DNA of 64,000 nt from a virus (Duplodnaviria > Heunggongvirae > Uroviricota > Caudoviricetes): the IMG/VR virus record IMGVR_UViG_3300017971_002799, positions 1 through 64,000 of that record; one strand, 5' to 3'. Positions 62,856-64,000 of this stretch are shown one piece after another (position 1 is the first letter of the stretch; every line of letters begins with the position of its first letter). The translations under genes were made by a program, and so were the position numbers. Below the pieces are notes generated by a model. The model was given only the letters and a program-made list of their open reading frames with translations, was not told where the DNA came from and searched no databases.

Positions 62856-64000
62856 TTATCTCTCAGAAGGCCAACTTATCTCGGCCATTATCATATGAGC
62901 GTCACCAGTCATACTAGTACTACTACTCCTAGCAAACTGCCATACAACTATATCTCCAGCATCCCACCCAGGATCGAAGGCACTGAACGTGGAAGTATTT
63001 ACATCATTAGTAGTACTATCTATTGTAGTGGTAACTGAAACAGTTCCACCCAAAGCGACGTCATACTGTTCACTATCAGCAACTCCCACTGTACTAGCCC
63101 ACCAAACCACATCACCTGTAGTAGGAGTACCTGTCCATGATATAGTAGGTGTTATATTACCACCCGTATAAGTAAGAGGAATTTCAAAATCCCAATAACA
63201 CTTGGACAACGTACCCGAAGCAAAGCTTAGAGTATAGTAACTATGATTAGTTCCATCAGTCATGGCCTGTGTAGGACCGCCACTTGTAGGAATGATTGCA
63301 CCTCCAGGGGTAAGTACGATACTGTAACTGGTATCTGCTAGCGAAACACTCCCAGGTCCTGTTATATCGAAATCGTCTACATCAAACTTACCAGTCAAAG
63401 CTACAGTACCACTTTCACTAGGAAAAGCAATCACATTGCCATTAACAGTAATAGTAGTAGTACCAGAAAGACTGAAAGTATCCGTAACTACTGCACCAAA
63501 AATACCATCTGTAATATACGCTGTAGTAAACGCGGCGGAACCGGGGTTATTCGCCCCTATTATAACCCCATCTAAACTACCAGAATTTATATCCACATTA
63601 GTGAGATTCTGGTTATTAAAGTCTTGAGCAGCATTCCAAGTAAGTCCCCCTGATACTGTGAGAGCAGACACATCACCACCATTTATGTCAAAATTACTGC
63701 CTTCTATTTCCTGAGCACCGCCTGTTAACTTACCATCTAAAGTAAAGGCTGCTATAGTAGAAGCATTTGCAATACCAAAACTATTCATATCTAGTGTAGT
63801 AGAAACAGTATTACCTTGCTCCATTACTTCTCCAAGTGTAGGTGTTCCACTAGCACCAGCACCTGTATAACTAATAGTCAAAGTATCACCTGTTATACTA
63901 GTCGCAACATTAGTACCTCCACTAATGGTAAGGGTGTCTGGATTGTCATCTGCAGTAGCGCTACCACTATCTGCAATTACTTTATTAAAGGCCTCATACT
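62856..64000 (-). CDS. fibre/adhesin-like repeat protein, 5' partial (reading frame open to the window edge)
   Basis: The frame continues open upstream of the track start to 64000 (…YEAFNKVIADSGSATADDNPDTLTISGGTNVATSITGDTLTISYTGAG…). It has internal TLTIS repeats and Thr/Gly/Ser-rich composition. Confidence 0.45.
   Translation of the reverse strand, partial: YEAFNKVIADSGSATADDNPDTLTISGGTNVATSITGDTLTISYTGAGASGTPTLGEVMEQGNTVSTTLDMNSFGIANASTIAAFTLDGKLTGGAQEIEGSNFDINGGDVSALTVSGGLTWNAAQDFNNQNLTNVDINSGSLDGVIIGANNPGSAAFTTAYITDGIFGAVVTDTFSLSGTTTITVNGNVIAFPSESGTVALTGKFDVDDFDITGPGSVSLADTSYSIVLTPGGAIIPTSGGPTQAMTDGTNHSYYTLSFASGTLSKCYWDFEIPLTYTGGNITPTISWTGTPTTGDVVWWASTVGVADSEQYDVALGGTVSVTTTIDSTTNDVNTSTFSAFDPGWDAGDIVVWQFARSSSTSMTGDAHMIMAEISWPSER

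Noticed and set aside
1-64000. CRISPR array / integrase-attP search
   Set aside because: No spaced direct repeats of 25-40 nt and no tyrosine- or serine-recombinase motifs were seen. The tRNA genes look intact rather than being 3' fragments at an att site.

Overview
This 64-kb window is AT-rich (~40% GC by eye), densely coding, and looks like a segment of a large tailed bacteriophage or virus-like element of a bacterial host. Host assignment rests on AGGAGG-type Shine-Dalgarno sites and sigma70-like -35/-10 boxes. No capsid, portal or terminase gene is recognisable here, so this is probably an internal segment of a larger (possibly jumbo) genome.

There are three transcription blocks.

- Block 1 (289-21070, minus strand): about 45 small ORFs, many of them zinc-ribbon proteins. 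It also holds a decayed family-A polymerase remnant, a BRCT-domain protein, a flotillin/NfeD membrane module and a membrane-protein/methyltransferase locus.
- Block 2 (21328-46585, plus strand): replication, nucleotide-metabolism and DNA-modification genes.
  - Recombination: Rad52-like annealing protein, putative SSB, RusA.
  - tRNA region: an initiator-like tRNA-Met plus an unusual 118-nt tRNA-like gene with an insertion.
  - 7-deazaguanine cassette: FolE, QueD, QueE, QueC, two TGT-family DpdA-like paralogs, and a QueE paralog that has lost its radical-SAM cysteines.
  - Nucleases, helicase and nucleotide metabolism: minimal UvrD-like helicase, Cas4-like nuclease, HNH and Vsr-type endonucleases, class II RNR (NrdJ), MazG.
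  - Polymerases: a family-A DNA polymerase with 3'-5' exonuclease and an N-terminal UDG-like domain, a short thymidylate-synthase-family enzyme, and a compact phi29-type family-B polymerase translationally coupled to a candidate terminal protein.
- Block 3 (46689-64000, minus strand): a GC-richer island of very basic or charged proteins, O-antigen-ligase-like and GT-C-like membrane enzymes, tandem-LuxR and wHTH regulators, a Zot-like P-loop ATPase pair, a dockerin-like protein and large fibre/adhesin-like proteins.

The most interesting signals are the coexistence of PolA(UDG) with a phi29-like PolB and candidate terminal protein, the deazaguanine module with duplicated DpdA and a dead QueE paralog, the PolA remnant, and several oversized tRNA-like structured RNAs.
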